Shown in pieces: positions 19,193-29,358 of a stretch of 64,000 bases of DNA. The notes below the pieces were generated by a model that worked only from the letters and a program-made list of their open reading frames with translations, had not been told where the DNA came from and did no database searches. Position 1 is the stretch's first letter. Every line of letters starts with the position of its first letter. Both the position numbers and the translations under genes were made by a program. Source of the stretch: Meridianimarinicoccus sp. (GTDB lineage Bacteria > Pseudomonadota > Alphaproteobacteria > Rhodobacterales > Rhodobacteraceae); NCBI GenBank assembly GCA_044221805.1, contig JBGAOK010000001.1, positions 19,030 to 83,029 on the forward strand, read 5' to 3'.

Positions 19193-20112
19193 AGATCGGT
19201 TTCATCGGCCTCGGCAACATGGGGTATCCGATGGCGGCGAACCTGGTTCGTGCCGGACATGCGGTCACCGGCTTCGATCTCGCGGCCGAACCGCCGGCGG
19301 GCGCGGCCCGGGCAAACACCGCGGCAGCCGCGGCGGCGGGGCACGACATCGTCCTCACCATGCTGCCGAACGGCGCGATCCTGCGCGACGTGGCGCGGGC
19401 GGTCGTGCCGGCGATGCCGCCGGGCGCGATCCTGGTCGACTGCTCGACCGTGGACGTCGAGAGTGCGCGGGCGGTGGCGGCGATGGCTGCCGAGGCCGGG
19501 CTGGGCGCGCTTGACGCGCCGGTCTCGGGCGGGATCGGCGGCGCCACCGCGGGAACGCTGACCTTCATGGTCGGCGGACCGGATGCGGCCTTCGCCGCCG
19601 TCCTGCCGCTGTTCCAGGTCATGGGCCAGAAGGCGGTCCATTGCGGCCCCGCCGGATCGGGCCAGGCGGCCAAGATCTGCAACAACATGATCCTGGGCGT
19701 CACCATGGCGGTAACCTGCGAGGCCTTCGCGCTGGCCGACAAGCTGGGGCTGGACCGGCAGAAGATGTTCGACGTGGTCTCGACCTCGTCTGGCTACAGC
19801 TGGTCGCTGAACGCCTATTGCCCGGCGCCGGGCGTCGGCCCGCAAAGCCCGGCCGATAACGGCTATCGCCCGGGCTTCGCGGCCGAGCTGATGCTGAAGG
19901 ACCTGCGCTTGTCCCAGGCTGCGGCCGAGATGGCCGACGCGGACACCCCGATGGGGGCGCTGGCGACCGAGATCTATGCCAGCTTCGTCGAGGCCGAGGA
20001 CGGACGCGGTCGCGACTTCTCGGCCCTGTTGCCGCGCTTCGGGCAGCGCGGCCATGGCGGCGGCGCCGCGACCGGCGGTCAGGACCAGGTCACGTCGCCG
20101 ACAAAGATGTAG
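19189..20112 (+). CDS. mmsB: 3-hydroxyisobutyrate dehydrogenase
   Basis: IGFIGLGNMG, DAPVSGG, AKICNNM, LMLKDL. Confidence 0.93.
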   Translation: MKIGFIGLGNMGYPMAANLVRAGHAVTGFDLAAEPPAGAARANTAAAAAAGHDIVLTMLPNGAILRDVARAVVPAMPPGAILVDCSTVDVESARAVAAMAAEAGLGALDAPVSGGIGGATAGTLTFMVGGPDAAFAAVLPLFQVMGQKAVHCGPAGSGQAAKICNNMILGVTMAVTCEAFALADKLGLDRQKMFDVVSTSSGYSWSLNAYCPAPGVGPQSPADNGYRPGFAAELMLKDLRLSQAAAEMADADTPMGALATEIYASFVEAEDGRGRDFSALLPRFGQRGHGGGAATGGQDQVTSPTKM

Positions 20113-20780
20113 CCGGCGCCATAGATCGTCTTGATCAGGCGGGGATTCTTCGGATCCTCGCCGAGCTTGGTGCGCAGCCGCGAGATCCGCACGTCCATCG
20201 CCCGGTCGAAACTGGCGCCGGCGGTACCGCCGAGGGAATCCTGCATCTGAGTGCGGCTCACCAGCCGCCGCGGCGATTCCAGGAACAGCCGCAGCACCTC
20301 GCATTCGGCATGGGTCAGCGCCTGTTCCTGGCCGTCTGGCCCGAGCAGGCGGTAGGTGTCGAAATGGGCGCTCCAGCCGTTGAAGCGGGCGGTCTGTGGC
20401 CGCGACTGTTCGCTGTCGCGCCCGCGCCGGAGCCGGGCGCGCACCCTGGCCACGACCTCGATCGGCTCGAACGGCTTGATGATGTAGTCGTCGGCCCCCA
20501 GTTCGAGCCCGGCGACCCGGTCCTGGACCTGCGCCCGGCTCGAGACGATGATGATGGCGGCGCCGGATTCCAGCGCCAGCCGGTGCACCACTGCCAGACC
20601 GTCCCGGTCCGGCAGCCCCAGATCCACCAGGCAGACGCGGGGCGGGGTGCGCCGGACCGCCGCCTCGAACTCGGTGGCGCGGCCGAACGACATGGTGCGG
20701 AAGCCGGCCTCCTCGAGTGCCTGGGCGAGCATGCGCCGGATCTCCGGTTCGTCGTCGAGGATGGCGATCAAGTCGGTCAA
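20079..20780 (-). CDS. OmpR-family response regulator
   Basis: REC domain (ILDDE, VDLGLPD, GADDYIIKPF) plus winged-helix output (DVRISRLR, TIYGAGY). Confidence 0.92.
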   Translation of the reverse strand: MTDLIAILDDEPEIRRMLAQALEEAGFRTMSFGRATEFEAAVRRTPPRVCLVDLGLPDRDGLAVVHRLALESGAAIIIVSSRAQVQDRVAGLELGADDYIIKPFEPIEVVARVRARLRRGRDSEQSRPQTARFNGWSAHFDTYRLLGPDGQEQALTHAECEVLRLFLESPRRLVSRTQMQDSLGGTAGASFDRAMDVRISRLRTKLGEDPKNPRLIKTIYGAGYIFVGDVTWS

Positions 20781-22759
20781 GAGGCGGTCTCCGCCGCGGC
20801 GGCGGTGCGCCGGGCCAAGAGGGCGGTGAGCTCGGCCGGGCCGAACGGCTTGGACAGGACCGGAAGCCCCAGCGCCTGGGCGCGCTGGCGCAGCGCGTCG
20901 CCGGGTGGAAGCGAGGTCATCAGGCCGATCTCGGACATGCCCCGGTCCTGCAGCGCCTGCGCCAGGTCAAGGCCGGTCCGGCCCCCTGCCAGACGGATGT
21001 CCGACAGGACCAGGTCGATCCCCGGCACCTCGGCGAGGGCCAGCGCCTCCCCGGCGTCTTCGGCCTCGATCACGGTGTGGCCGAGATCGCGGAGCATCTC
21101 GCGCACCGCCTCGCGGATGCCGGGGTCATCCTCGACCAGCAGGACGAAGCGCGGTCGCGCCGGGCCTTCCGCCCATCGGAGCGGCAGCCGCACCGACACC
21201 GCCGCGCCGCCGCCATCCTGGTTCTCGAGCCGCAGGGTGCCGCCGAGGATGCGGGTCTGATCGTAGACGATCGAGAGGCCGAGCCCGGATCCGGCCGCCC
21301 CCTTGGTGGTGAAGAACGGGTCGAGCGCGCGTTCCAGCGCCTCGGCGGTGAAGCCCGGGCCGTTGTCCTCGACCCTTATTTCCAGCCAGGTGTCCCGGAT
21401 CGGGCGCACGACCAAGCGGATCCGGCCGTCGGGACGGTTGGTCGGGTCGGGCCGGTTCTGGCGCTGCAGGCTGATGGCGTCGCGGGCGTTCAGGATCAGG
21501 TTCAGGAGCGAATCCTGCAACGATCCCGCATCGGCGATGATGGGCGCCGCAAGGCCTTCCTGCTCGATCGCCAGGCTGATGCCCTCGGGCAGCGAGGCGA
21601 GGGCGAGCCCCTTCAGGCCGGCGAGGAAATCGCGCATCAAGAGCGGCGCGGGCGACAGCGGACGCATCCCCGAGATCCCCGCGATGCCGCCCAAAAGCAC
21701 GCCGCCGCGCCGGGCCGCCGACAGCGTGGCAGCCACCGCCTCGTGCGCCTCTGCGGGCAGGCCGTCCATCCGCTGGAGCCGCGACTGGAGGCCGAGGATG
21801 ATGGTCAGCAGGTTGCCGAAATCATGCGCCAGCCCCGAGGTGAGCTGGGCGGCCAGTTCGCGCTTGTGGGTCTGCGCCAGGGCGGCCCGGGCCTGGGCTT
21901 CCGGGGTCACGTCGGTCGACAGGATGTAGACGCCGTTCACCGTGCCGTCGGGGCCGGCATCCGGGGTGAAGGCGGCGCGGATGCGGCGGCCGGAGGGGTC
22001 GTCGGTGAATTCGAACACGCTGGCCGTGCCGTTCAGGGCATCGCGCAGATGCGGCTCGATCTTGGCGAAGGCCGAAGGGCCCATGGCCTCGATCCCGGTC
22101 AGCCCGAGGATGTCGCTGCGCGCGCCGGGAATGACCGAGGGCAGCCGGCGGTTGGAGTAGGTATAGCGTAACCGGCGGTCCACATGGGCGATGTGGGCCG
22201 GCATCATTTCGGTGGTGGTGCGGATCCGCGCCTCGGCCTCGGCAAGGCCGAGTTGCGCCTGGACCAACGCGGCGTTGGTGGAGGCCAGCGCCCGGTTGGC
22301 ATGGGCGATCTCCTCGGACCGGGTGAGCAGCTGGTCCGACAGTTCCTCGGAGCGGGTGCGCAACAGCGCTTCCTGGCGCTTGATCCCGGTGATGTCGGTA
22401 TAGACGGTGATCCAGCCGCCCTCGGACAGCGGCGTTCCCTCGACCGAGATCCAGCGGCCGTCCGGGCGCTGGCGTTCCATGTAGTGCGGCTCGAAGGCGA
22501 GGGCGGCCTCGACCCGGCGGCGGACGGCGGCCTCGGGGTCGGCAACGGGGCCGTATTCGCCGCGCAGGACCATGTGGCGGATGGTGTCCGCGAACGAGGC
22601 ACCGGGAACCACGAAGGCGATCGGGAGCGCGAACATCTCGCGGAATTGCCGGTTCGAGACGACCAGCCGCAGATCCCGGTCGTAGATCGACAGCGCCTGC
22701 TGGATCAGGTTGAGACCGGCCTGGGTCAGGCGCGCGGTGGTTTCGTCCAGCGTCGGCAT
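20777..22759 (-). CDS. Cytoplasmic hybrid PAS histidine kinase with receiver domain
   Basis: Two PAS-like domains, H-box AHDFGNLL, NLILNARDA, DNGPG, FFTTKG..GSGLGL, C-terminal REC. Confidence 0.9.
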   Translation of the reverse strand: MPTLDETTARLTQAGLNLIQQALSIYDRDLRLVVSNRQFREMFALPIAFVVPGASFADTIRHMVLRGEYGPVADPEAAVRRRVEAALAFEPHYMERQRPDGRWISVEGTPLSEGGWITVYTDITGIKRQEALLRTRSEELSDQLLTRSEEIAHANRALASTNAALVQAQLGLAEAEARIRTTTEMMPAHIAHVDRRLRYTYSNRRLPSVIPGARSDILGLTGIEAMGPSAFAKIEPHLRDALNGTASVFEFTDDPSGRRIRAAFTPDAGPDGTVNGVYILSTDVTPEAQARAALAQTHKRELAAQLTSGLAHDFGNLLTIILGLQSRLQRMDGLPAEAHEAVAATLSAARRGGVLLGGIAGISGMRPLSPAPLLMRDFLAGLKGLALASLPEGISLAIEQEGLAAPIIADAGSLQDSLLNLILNARDAISLQRQNRPDPTNRPDGRIRLVVRPIRDTWLEIRVEDNGPGFTAEALERALDPFFTTKGAAGSGLGLSIVYDQTRILGGTLRLENQDGGGAAVSVRLPLRWAEGPARPRFVLLVEDDPGIREAVREMLRDLGHTVIEAEDAGEALALAEVPGIDLVLSDIRLAGGRTGLDLAQALQDRGMSEIGLMTSLPPGDALRQRAQALGLPVLSKPFGPAELTALLARRTAAAAETAS

Positions 22760-22993
22760 GGCCGCTCCTCAGGTTCCGGCGAGGTCTAGCACCAACCCGG
22801 GGCCGCGGCCAAGAGCCGGCGCCCGACGAGGCGACGGCACCCGACGGGACAGCATTTCAGCCTGCAACAATTTCAAAGAATCGTGAAAAACCCCGGCAAG
22901 ATTCCCCTCATAGAACCGTCGGCAACAAGTCGGGGACGGCGCTGCGGCGGCGGAATCGGAAAGGCGCAAACGCCTTTCGAGGGAGGAACAGAC

Positions 22994-24961
22994 GTGCAGG
23001 ATACGCGGTCGACCCTGGAGTCGATACCGGCCCTTCTCGCCCGCAACGCGGCCGAGTTCGGTGACCGGCAGGCCTACCGGGAAAAGGAATTCGGAATCTG
23101 GCAGTGCTGGACCTGGGCCGAGGCGGCGGTCGAGGTGCGCGCCATCGCCATCGGCCTGATGGCGCTGGGGCTTGAACGGGGCGAGCATGTGGCGCTGATC
23201 GGCCGCAACCGCCCGGCGCTCTACTGGTCGATGGTCGCTGCGCAGATGTGCGGCGCGGTGCCGGTGCCGCTGTATCAGGACGCCGTGGCCGAGGAGATGG
23301 CCTATGTGCTGGAAAACTGCGGCGCCCGCGTCGTCATCTGCGGCGACCAGGAGCAGGTCGACAAGGTCCTGGAGGTTCAGGAGACCGTCCACTGCATCGA
23401 CCATGTGCTCTATCTCGACAAGCGCGGGATGCGGAAATACGACCACGCGCACCTGAACTGGCTGGACGACATCAAGGCCGAGGGCCGCGCGGCGCATCTG
23501 CGCTTCGATGCCGAACTCGACGCCCGCATCGCCGAGCTGACCTACGACCGCACCTGCGTGATGCTCTACACCTCGGGCACCACCGGGCGGCCGAAGGGCG
23601 TGGTGCTGTCGAACCGCAACGTCATCGAGACCGCACGGAATTCGGTCGCCTTCGACCATCTGCGGCCGGGCGAGCAGATCCTTGCCTATCTGCCGATGGC
23701 CTGGGTGGGGGACTTCATCTTCTCGGTCGGCCAGTCCTACTGGTCCGCCTTTTGCGTGAACTGCCCGGAAAGCGCCGCGACCATGGCGTCGGACATGCGC
23801 GAGATCGGACCGACCTACTACTTCGCGCCGCCGCGGATCTTCGAGGGCCAACTGACCGACGTGATGATCCGGATGGAGGATGCCGGCCGTCTCAAGCGCT
23901 GGATGTTCCGGCGCAGCATGGCGGTGGCCCGGCGGGTGGGGCCGGCGATCCTGGACGGACGGCCCGTGTCCACTGGTGACCGTCTTGCCTACTGGCTCGG
24001 CGACAAGCTGGTCTACGGGCCGCTGAAGGACACGCTCGGCCTGTCGCGGGTGCGGGTGGGCTATACCGCGGGCGAGGCGATCGGACCCGAGATCTTCGCC
24101 TTCTACCGTTCGCTCGGCATCAACCTAAAGCAGCTCTACGGCCAGACCGAAGCCACCGTCTTCATCACCCAGCAGCCCGACGGCGAAGTGCGCGCCGACT
24201 CGGTGGGCGTGCCAAGTCCGGGGGTCGAGATCCGCATCGCCGATACCGGCGAGGTGTTCTACCGCTCGCCGGGCGCCTTCGTCGAATACTTCCGCAACCC
24301 CGAGAGCACCGCCGCGACCAAGGATGCCGAGGGCTGGGTCGCCACCGGCGACGCCGGGTTCATCGAGCCCGGGACCGGCCACCTGCGCATCATCGACCGG
24401 GCGAAGGATGTCGGCAAGCTGGCCGACGGCCGGCTGTTCGCACCGAAATACATCGAGAACAAGCTCAAGTTCTTCCCCAGCATCCTGGAGGCGGTGGTGT
24501 TCGGCAACGGCCGCGACTTCTGCACCGCCTTCATCAACATCGACCTTGCCGCGGTCGGCAACTGGGCGGAACGCAACAACGTCGCCTATACCTCGTATCA
24601 GGAGCTGGCGGCCCATCCGCAGGTCTACGAGGCGATCCGCGCCCATGTCGAGGAAGCGAACCGCTCGGTTGTGGGGGATCCGATGCTGGCGGGGTGCCAG
24701 ATCCGGCGCTTCCTGGTGCTGCACAAGGAGCTCGACGCCGATGATGGCGAGATGACCCGCACGCGCAAGGTCCGCCGCCGCATCATCGAGGAGAAATATG
24801 CCGACCTGATCGCGGCGCTCTATGACGGGCGCACCTCGGTCTACACGGAAACCGCAGTGACCTACGAGGACGGCCGCAAGGGGTCGATCCGCGCAACCTT
24901 GCAGATCGCCGACGCCGCGGTGGCGACCGATCCCCTGCCGGAACGGAGGGCGGCAGCATGA
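22994..24961 (+). CDS. Long-chain acyl-CoA synthetase (AMP-binding)
   Basis: YTSGTTGRPKG, YGQTE, TGDAG, IIDRAKD; GTG start after GGAGG. Confidence 0.9.
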   Translation: MQDTRSTLESIPALLARNAAEFGDRQAYREKEFGIWQCWTWAEAAVEVRAIAIGLMALGLERGEHVALIGRNRPALYWSMVAAQMCGAVPVPLYQDAVAEEMAYVLENCGARVVICGDQEQVDKVLEVQETVHCIDHVLYLDKRGMRKYDHAHLNWLDDIKAEGRAAHLRFDAELDARIAELTYDRTCVMLYTSGTTGRPKGVVLSNRNVIETARNSVAFDHLRPGEQILAYLPMAWVGDFIFSVGQSYWSAFCVNCPESAATMASDMREIGPTYYFAPPRIFEGQLTDVMIRMEDAGRLKRWMFRRSMAVARRVGPAILDGRPVSTGDRLAYWLGDKLVYGPLKDTLGLSRVRVGYTAGEAIGPEIFAFYRSLGINLKQLYGQTEATVFITQQPDGEVRADSVGVPSPGVEIRIADTGEVFYRSPGAFVEYFRNPESTAATKDAEGWVATGDAGFIEPGTGHLRIIDRAKDVGKLADGRLFAPKYIENKLKFFPSILEAVVFGNGRDFCTAFINIDLAAVGNWAERNNVAYTSYQELAAHPQVYEAIRAHVEEANRSVVGDPMLAGCQIRRFLVLHKELDADDGEMTRTRKVRRRIIEEKYADLIAALYDGRTSVYTETAVTYEDGRKGSIRATLQIADAAVATDPLPERRAAA

Positions 24962-25776
24962 CCGCGGCGGCCCCCGACACCTATGTCGCCGACCGCCGGA
25001 CCATCGGTCCGGTGGTGCTGGAACTGCGCAACATCACCCTGCGCTTCGGCGGCGTTGTGGCGATCAAGAACATCTCGTTCGACATCCGCGAGGGCGAGAT
25101 CCGGGCGATCATCGGCCCGAACGGCGCCGGCAAGTCGTCGATGCTGAACATCATCTCGGGTTTCTACGTGCCGTCCGAGGGCGAGGTCTGGTTCCACGGC
25201 AAGCGGCGCGCCCCGCTGCGGCCCTATCAGGTGGCGCGGCAGGGCATCGCCCGGACCTTCCAGAACATCGCCCTGTTCGAGGGCATGAGTGTTCTCGACA
25301 ACATCATGACCGGCCGGCTGACCCTGATGAAGACCGGCATGGCGGCGCAGGCGCTGTGGTGGGGTCCGGCCGAACGCGAGGAGAGCGAGCAGCGCGAGAA
25401 GGTCGAGAAGATCATCGACTTTCTCGAGATCCAGCACATCCGGAAGACCCCGGTCGGCCGGCTTCCCTACGGGCTGAAGAAGCGGGTCGAGCTGGCCCGG
25501 GCGCTGGCGGCAGAGCCGAAGCTGCTGCTGCTCGACGAGCCGATGGCCGGCATGAACGTCGAGGAGAAGGAAGACATGTGCCGGTTCATCCTCGACGTGA
25601 ATGACGAGTTCGGCACCACGATCGCGCTAATCGAGCACGACATGGGGGTGGTCATGGACCTTTCGGACCGGGTCGTGGTGATGGACTACGGCCGGAAGAT
25701 CGGTGACGGAACGCCGGCCGAAGTCCGGTCCAACCAGGCGGTGATCGACGCCTATCTGGGGGTCAGCCATGACTGA
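24958..25776 (+). CDS. Liv-type ABC transporter ATP-binding protein (LivG-like)
   Basis: GPNGAGKS, LPYG, LLLLDEP, IEHDM. Confidence 0.92.
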   Translation: MTAAAPDTYVADRRTIGPVVLELRNITLRFGGVVAIKNISFDIREGEIRAIIGPNGAGKSSMLNIISGFYVPSEGEVWFHGKRRAPLRPYQVARQGIARTFQNIALFEGMSVLDNIMTGRLTLMKTGMAAQALWWGPAEREESEQREKVEKIIDFLEIQHIRKTPVGRLPYGLKKRVELARALAAEPKLLLLDEPMAGMNVEEKEDMCRFILDVNDEFGTTIALIEHDMGVVMDLSDRVVVMDYGRKIGDGTPAEVRSNQAVIDAYLGVSHD

Positions 25777-25847
25777 GGCCCGCCTGTCGCACCCGCCCGG
25801 CAAAACCCGGGGGTCCCGCACATTCGTCCAGGACAGGGGAGGGCGGG

Positions 25848-26834
25848 ATGCCTGACTGGCTGCTCTTCGCCGCGGAAGTCACGATCAACGGATTGATGGC
25901 CGGCGTGCTCTATGCGCTCGTCGCGCTCGGCTTCGTGCTGATCTACAAGGCCTCGGGCGTGTTCAACTACGCCCAGGGTGTGATGGCCCTGTTCGCCGCG
26001 CTGACCCTCGTAGGCCTGCAGGGCGGGCAGATCCCCTTCGCGCCGCTGATCAACGCCCTCTTCGGCACCAGCGTTCACAGCTTCGGCTGGACCCTGCCGG
26101 GCATCGTCGCGATCGTCCTGACCGCCGGGGTCATGATCCTGCTGGCCCTGCTGATCGAGGCGCTTATCCTGCGCCATCTGGTCAACCAGGCGCCGATCAT
26201 CCTGTTCATGGCGACGCTGGGGCTGGCCTATTTCCTCGAGGGCCTGGGCGACGTGATGTGGGGGGCCGACATCAAGCGGCTGGACGTCGGCCTGCCGCAG
26301 GGGATGAACGAGACCGTTGACGCCCTGACCTTCAACCTGTTCGGCTATGGCTTCTTCATCGACAACATCGACATCGTGGCCAGCCTTGTCGCGGTCGTGC
26401 TGGTCGTCGCCCTGACGCTGTTCAGCCAGTATTCCCGGCACGGCCGGGCGCTGCGCGCCGTCGCCGACGACCACCAGGCGGCGTTGTCGGTGGGAATCTC
26501 GCTGCGCTTCATCTGGATCCTCGTGTGGTCGATCGCGGGCTTCGTCGCGCTGGTGGCCGGCACGATGTGGGGCGCGAAGTCCGGGGTGCAGTTCTCGCTG
26601 TCGCTGATCGCCCTGAAGGCGCTTCCGGTGCTGATGCTGGGCGGCTTCACCTCGATCCCCGGGGCGATCGTCGGCGGGCTGATCATCGGGGTCGGCGAAA
26701 AGCTGTTTGAGTTCTTCGCCGGCCCGATCATCGGCGGCGCGACCGAAAACTGGTTCGCCTATGTGCTGGCGCTGCTGTTCCTGGTGTTCCGGCCGCAGGG
26801 CCTGTTCGGCGATCGCATCATCGAGAGGGTCTGA
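25848..26834 (+). CDS. Liv-type ABC transporter permease (LivH-like)
   Basis: YALVALGFVLIYKASGVFNYAQG; FRPQGLFG. Confidence 0.92.
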   Translation: MPDWLLFAAEVTINGLMAGVLYALVALGFVLIYKASGVFNYAQGVMALFAALTLVGLQGGQIPFAPLINALFGTSVHSFGWTLPGIVAIVLTAGVMILLALLIEALILRHLVNQAPIILFMATLGLAYFLEGLGDVMWGADIKRLDVGLPQGMNETVDALTFNLFGYGFFIDNIDIVASLVAVVLVVALTLFSQYSRHGRALRAVADDHQAALSVGISLRFIWILVWSIAGFVALVAGTMWGAKSGVQFSLSLIALKALPVLMLGGFTSIPGAIVGGLIIGVGEKLFEFFAGPIIGGATENWFAYVLALLFLVFRPQGLFGDRIIERV

Positions 26835-26837
26835 GCC

Positions 26838-27914
26838 ATGATTTACCGCGAGGCCGGCGAGTTCAAGACGTCCTACGCCGAGGACAGCCAGACCTTTCCC
26901 ATTCGCTTCGACCGCATCGCCTATTACGGCCTGTTGGCCGTGGCCTTCGGGGTGATCCCCTTCATCATCGACGACTACTGGGCCAATGCAGTTCTGGTGC
27001 CGTTCCTGATCTACGCCATCGCCGTCCTTGGGCTGAATGTCCTGACCGGCTATTGCGGGCAGGTGTCGCTGGGTTCGGGCGGCTTCATGGCCGTGGGCGC
27101 CTATGCCTGCTACAAGCTGATGGTGGCCTTCCCCGAGATCTCGGTGCTGGTCCATGTCCTTCTGGCCGGCGCGATCACCGCCGTGGTGGGCACGCTGTTC
27201 GGTCTGCCGTCGCTGCGTATCAAGGGCTTCTACCTGGCGGTGGCGACGCTTGCGGCGCAGTTCTTCCTCGTGTGGCTGTTCAACAAGGTGCCGTGGTTCT
27301 ACAATTATTCGGCGTCGGGCCAGATCTCGGCGCCCGCGCGGACGATCCTCGGTGTCACCGTCACCGGCGCCGGCACGTCGGCCCCGGCCAAGTACCTCGT
27401 CTGCCTGGTCTTCGCCTTCGTGCTGGCCTGGGGGGTGCGCAACCTGACCCGCGGCGCGCTGGGGCGGCAGTGGATGGCGATCCGGGACATGGACATCGCC
27501 GCCGAGATCATCGGGGTGAACCCGCTGCGCGCCAAGCTGTCGGCCTTCGCGATCTCGTCCTTCCTGATCGGCATCGCCGGGGCGCTGTTCTTCGCGGTCT
27601 ATCTGGGCGCGGTGGAAGTCGGCGAGGCCTTCGGCATCAACAAGTCCTTCCTGATCCTGTTCATGGTGATCATCGGCGGGCTCGGCTCGATCCTCGGCTC
27701 GTTCGCCGGGGCGGCCTTCCTGGTGCTGCTGCCGGTGCTGCTGAAGAACGTGCTGGTCGGCCAGCTCGGCTGGCCCACGGACCTGGCCGCCCATGTGGAA
27801 CTCATGATCGTCGGCGCCCTCATCATCGTCTTCCTGATCGCCGAGCCGCACGGCCTCGCCCAGTTGTGGCGGGTCACCAAGGAAAAGCTCCGACTCTGGC
27901 CGTTCCCGCACTGA
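26838..27914 (+). CDS. Liv-type ABC transporter permease (LivM-like)
   Basis: GLNVLTGYCGQVSLG, LRIKGFYLAVATLA, IIGGLGS. Confidence 0.92.
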   Translation: MIYREAGEFKTSYAEDSQTFPIRFDRIAYYGLLAVAFGVIPFIIDDYWANAVLVPFLIYAIAVLGLNVLTGYCGQVSLGSGGFMAVGAYACYKLMVAFPEISVLVHVLLAGAITAVVGTLFGLPSLRIKGFYLAVATLAAQFFLVWLFNKVPWFYNYSASGQISAPARTILGVTVTGAGTSAPAKYLVCLVFAFVLAWGVRNLTRGALGRQWMAIRDMDIAAEIIGVNPLRAKLSAFAISSFLIGIAGALFFAVYLGAVEVGEAFGINKSFLILFMVIIGGLGSILGSFAGAAFLVLLPVLLKNVLVGQLGWPTDLAAHVELMIVGALIIVFLIAEPHGLAQLWRVTKEKLRLWPFPH

Positions 27915-27954
27915 CGGGCCGGCCCAAGACAACAACATTCTCTGGAGGAGACCC

Positions 27955-29232
27955 ATGAACACATTTCTTGCCACCGTCGCGACGGCGTTGATCGCCGCCA
28001 TCCAGCCGGCTGCCGCCGACCTGGTGATTCCGAGCCTGAGCTACCGCACCGGCCCCTTCGCGCCCAGCGGCATCCCGCTTGCCGACGGCTTCGCGGATTA
28101 TCTGACGCTGCTGAACGAACGCGACGGCGGGATCGGTGGGGTCAGGATCGTCTCGGAGGAATGCGAGACCGCCTACAACACCGAGAAGGGACTGGAGTGC
28201 TACGAGGCCACCAAGGCCGATGCGCTGATGTACAATCCCCTGTCCACCGGCCTGACCTATCAGCTCATCCCGCGCGCGTCGGCCGACGGAATTCCGCTGT
28301 TCACCCCGGGATACGGGCGCACCTCGGCCGCCGATGGCGCGATCTTCGAATGGGTGTTCAACTATCCGGCGAACTATTGGGACGGCGCCTCGGTCGCGGT
28401 GAACTACCTGCTGGAGCAGAACGGCGGCAGCCTGGACGGCAAGAAGATCGCGCTGGTCTATCACAACTCGGCCTACGGGCGCGAACCGATCCGCACCCTG
28501 CAGGAACTGTCGAAGAAGCATGGCTTCACCCTGACCGAGATCCCGGTCGATTCCCCCGGGCAGGAGCAGAAGTCGCAGTGGCTGCAGATCCGCCGCGAGC
28601 GGCCGGACTATGTGATCCTCTACGGCTTCGGTGTGATGAACCAGGTCGCCATCCAGGAAGCCGCCAACATCCGCTTTCCGATGGAAAACATGATCGGCGT
28701 CTGGTGGTCGGGATCCGAGAACGACACCCGCCCGGTGGGTCCGGCCGCGACCGGGTACAAGTCGCTGGCCCTGCACGGCACCGGCACCGGCTTTCCGATC
28801 TACGAGGATCTGAAGACCTATGTCTATGACCCCGGCAAGGCCGCCGGCGCCGGGGACCAGGTCGGCAGCGTGCTCTATTCGCGGGGGCTGTTCATGGCGA
28901 TGATCGTGGCCGAGGCGGTGCGCAACGGCCAGGAGATCGCCGGAACCCCGGACATCACCCGTGCCCAGCTTCGCGACGGCTTCGAGACCATCGACATCAC
29001 CCCCGAGCGGCTGGTCGAGCTGGGCCTGCCGGACTTCGCGCCGCCCTTCCAGGGCACCTGCGAGAACCATGGCGGGCCGGGCCGGGCGATGATCCAGCAA
29101 TGGGACGCGGCAACCGGCACCTGGAACCAGATCACCGGCTTCATGGATCCCGACCGGGCCCTGATCGACACGCTGATCGACGAGGATGCGGCCGCCTACG
29201 CCAAGGAGGCCGGCCTCACCCCCCGCTGCTGA
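27955..29232 (+). CDS. Liv-type ABC substrate-binding protein
   Basis: Signal peptide, YRTGPFAPSG..NERDGGIGG, type I periplasmic binding protein motifs. Confidence 0.9.
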   Translation: MNTFLATVATALIAAIQPAAADLVIPSLSYRTGPFAPSGIPLADGFADYLTLLNERDGGIGGVRIVSEECETAYNTEKGLECYEATKADALMYNPLSTGLTYQLIPRASADGIPLFTPGYGRTSAADGAIFEWVFNYPANYWDGASVAVNYLLEQNGGSLDGKKIALVYHNSAYGREPIRTLQELSKKHGFTLTEIPVDSPGQEQKSQWLQIRRERPDYVILYGFGVMNQVAIQEAANIRFPMENMIGVWWSGSENDTRPVGPAATGYKSLALHGTGTGFPIYEDLKTYVYDPGKAAGAGDQVGSVLYSRGLFMAMIVAEAVRNGQEIAGTPDITRAQLRDGFETIDITPERLVELGLPDFAPPFQGTCENHGGPGRAMIQQWDAATGTWNQITGFMDPDRALIDTLIDEDAAAYAKEAGLTPRC

Positions 29233-29264
29233 CGGCAGGAGGCCGCGGCCCCCGCGCCATCACC

Positions 29265-29289
29265 GGGTCCGCCGCAGGCCGGCGGACCC
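29265..29289 (+). other. Intercistronic stem-loop after SBP gene (mRNA stabiliser or partial terminator)
   Basis: Perfect 10-bp stem GGGTCCGCCG / CGGCGGACCC without a U-tract. Confidence 0.45.
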
Positions 29290-29358
29290 CTGCTCCCGCC
29301 GGCGCGGCAAGGGCGCCGTGAACCGGGGCGCGCCACCGATCAATCCAAGAGGCTCCGC

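Noticed and set aside
20079-20112. 34-bp convergent overlap of mmsB and the response regulator
   Set aside because: Short tail-to-tail overlaps are common in GC-rich genomes; no sign of special function
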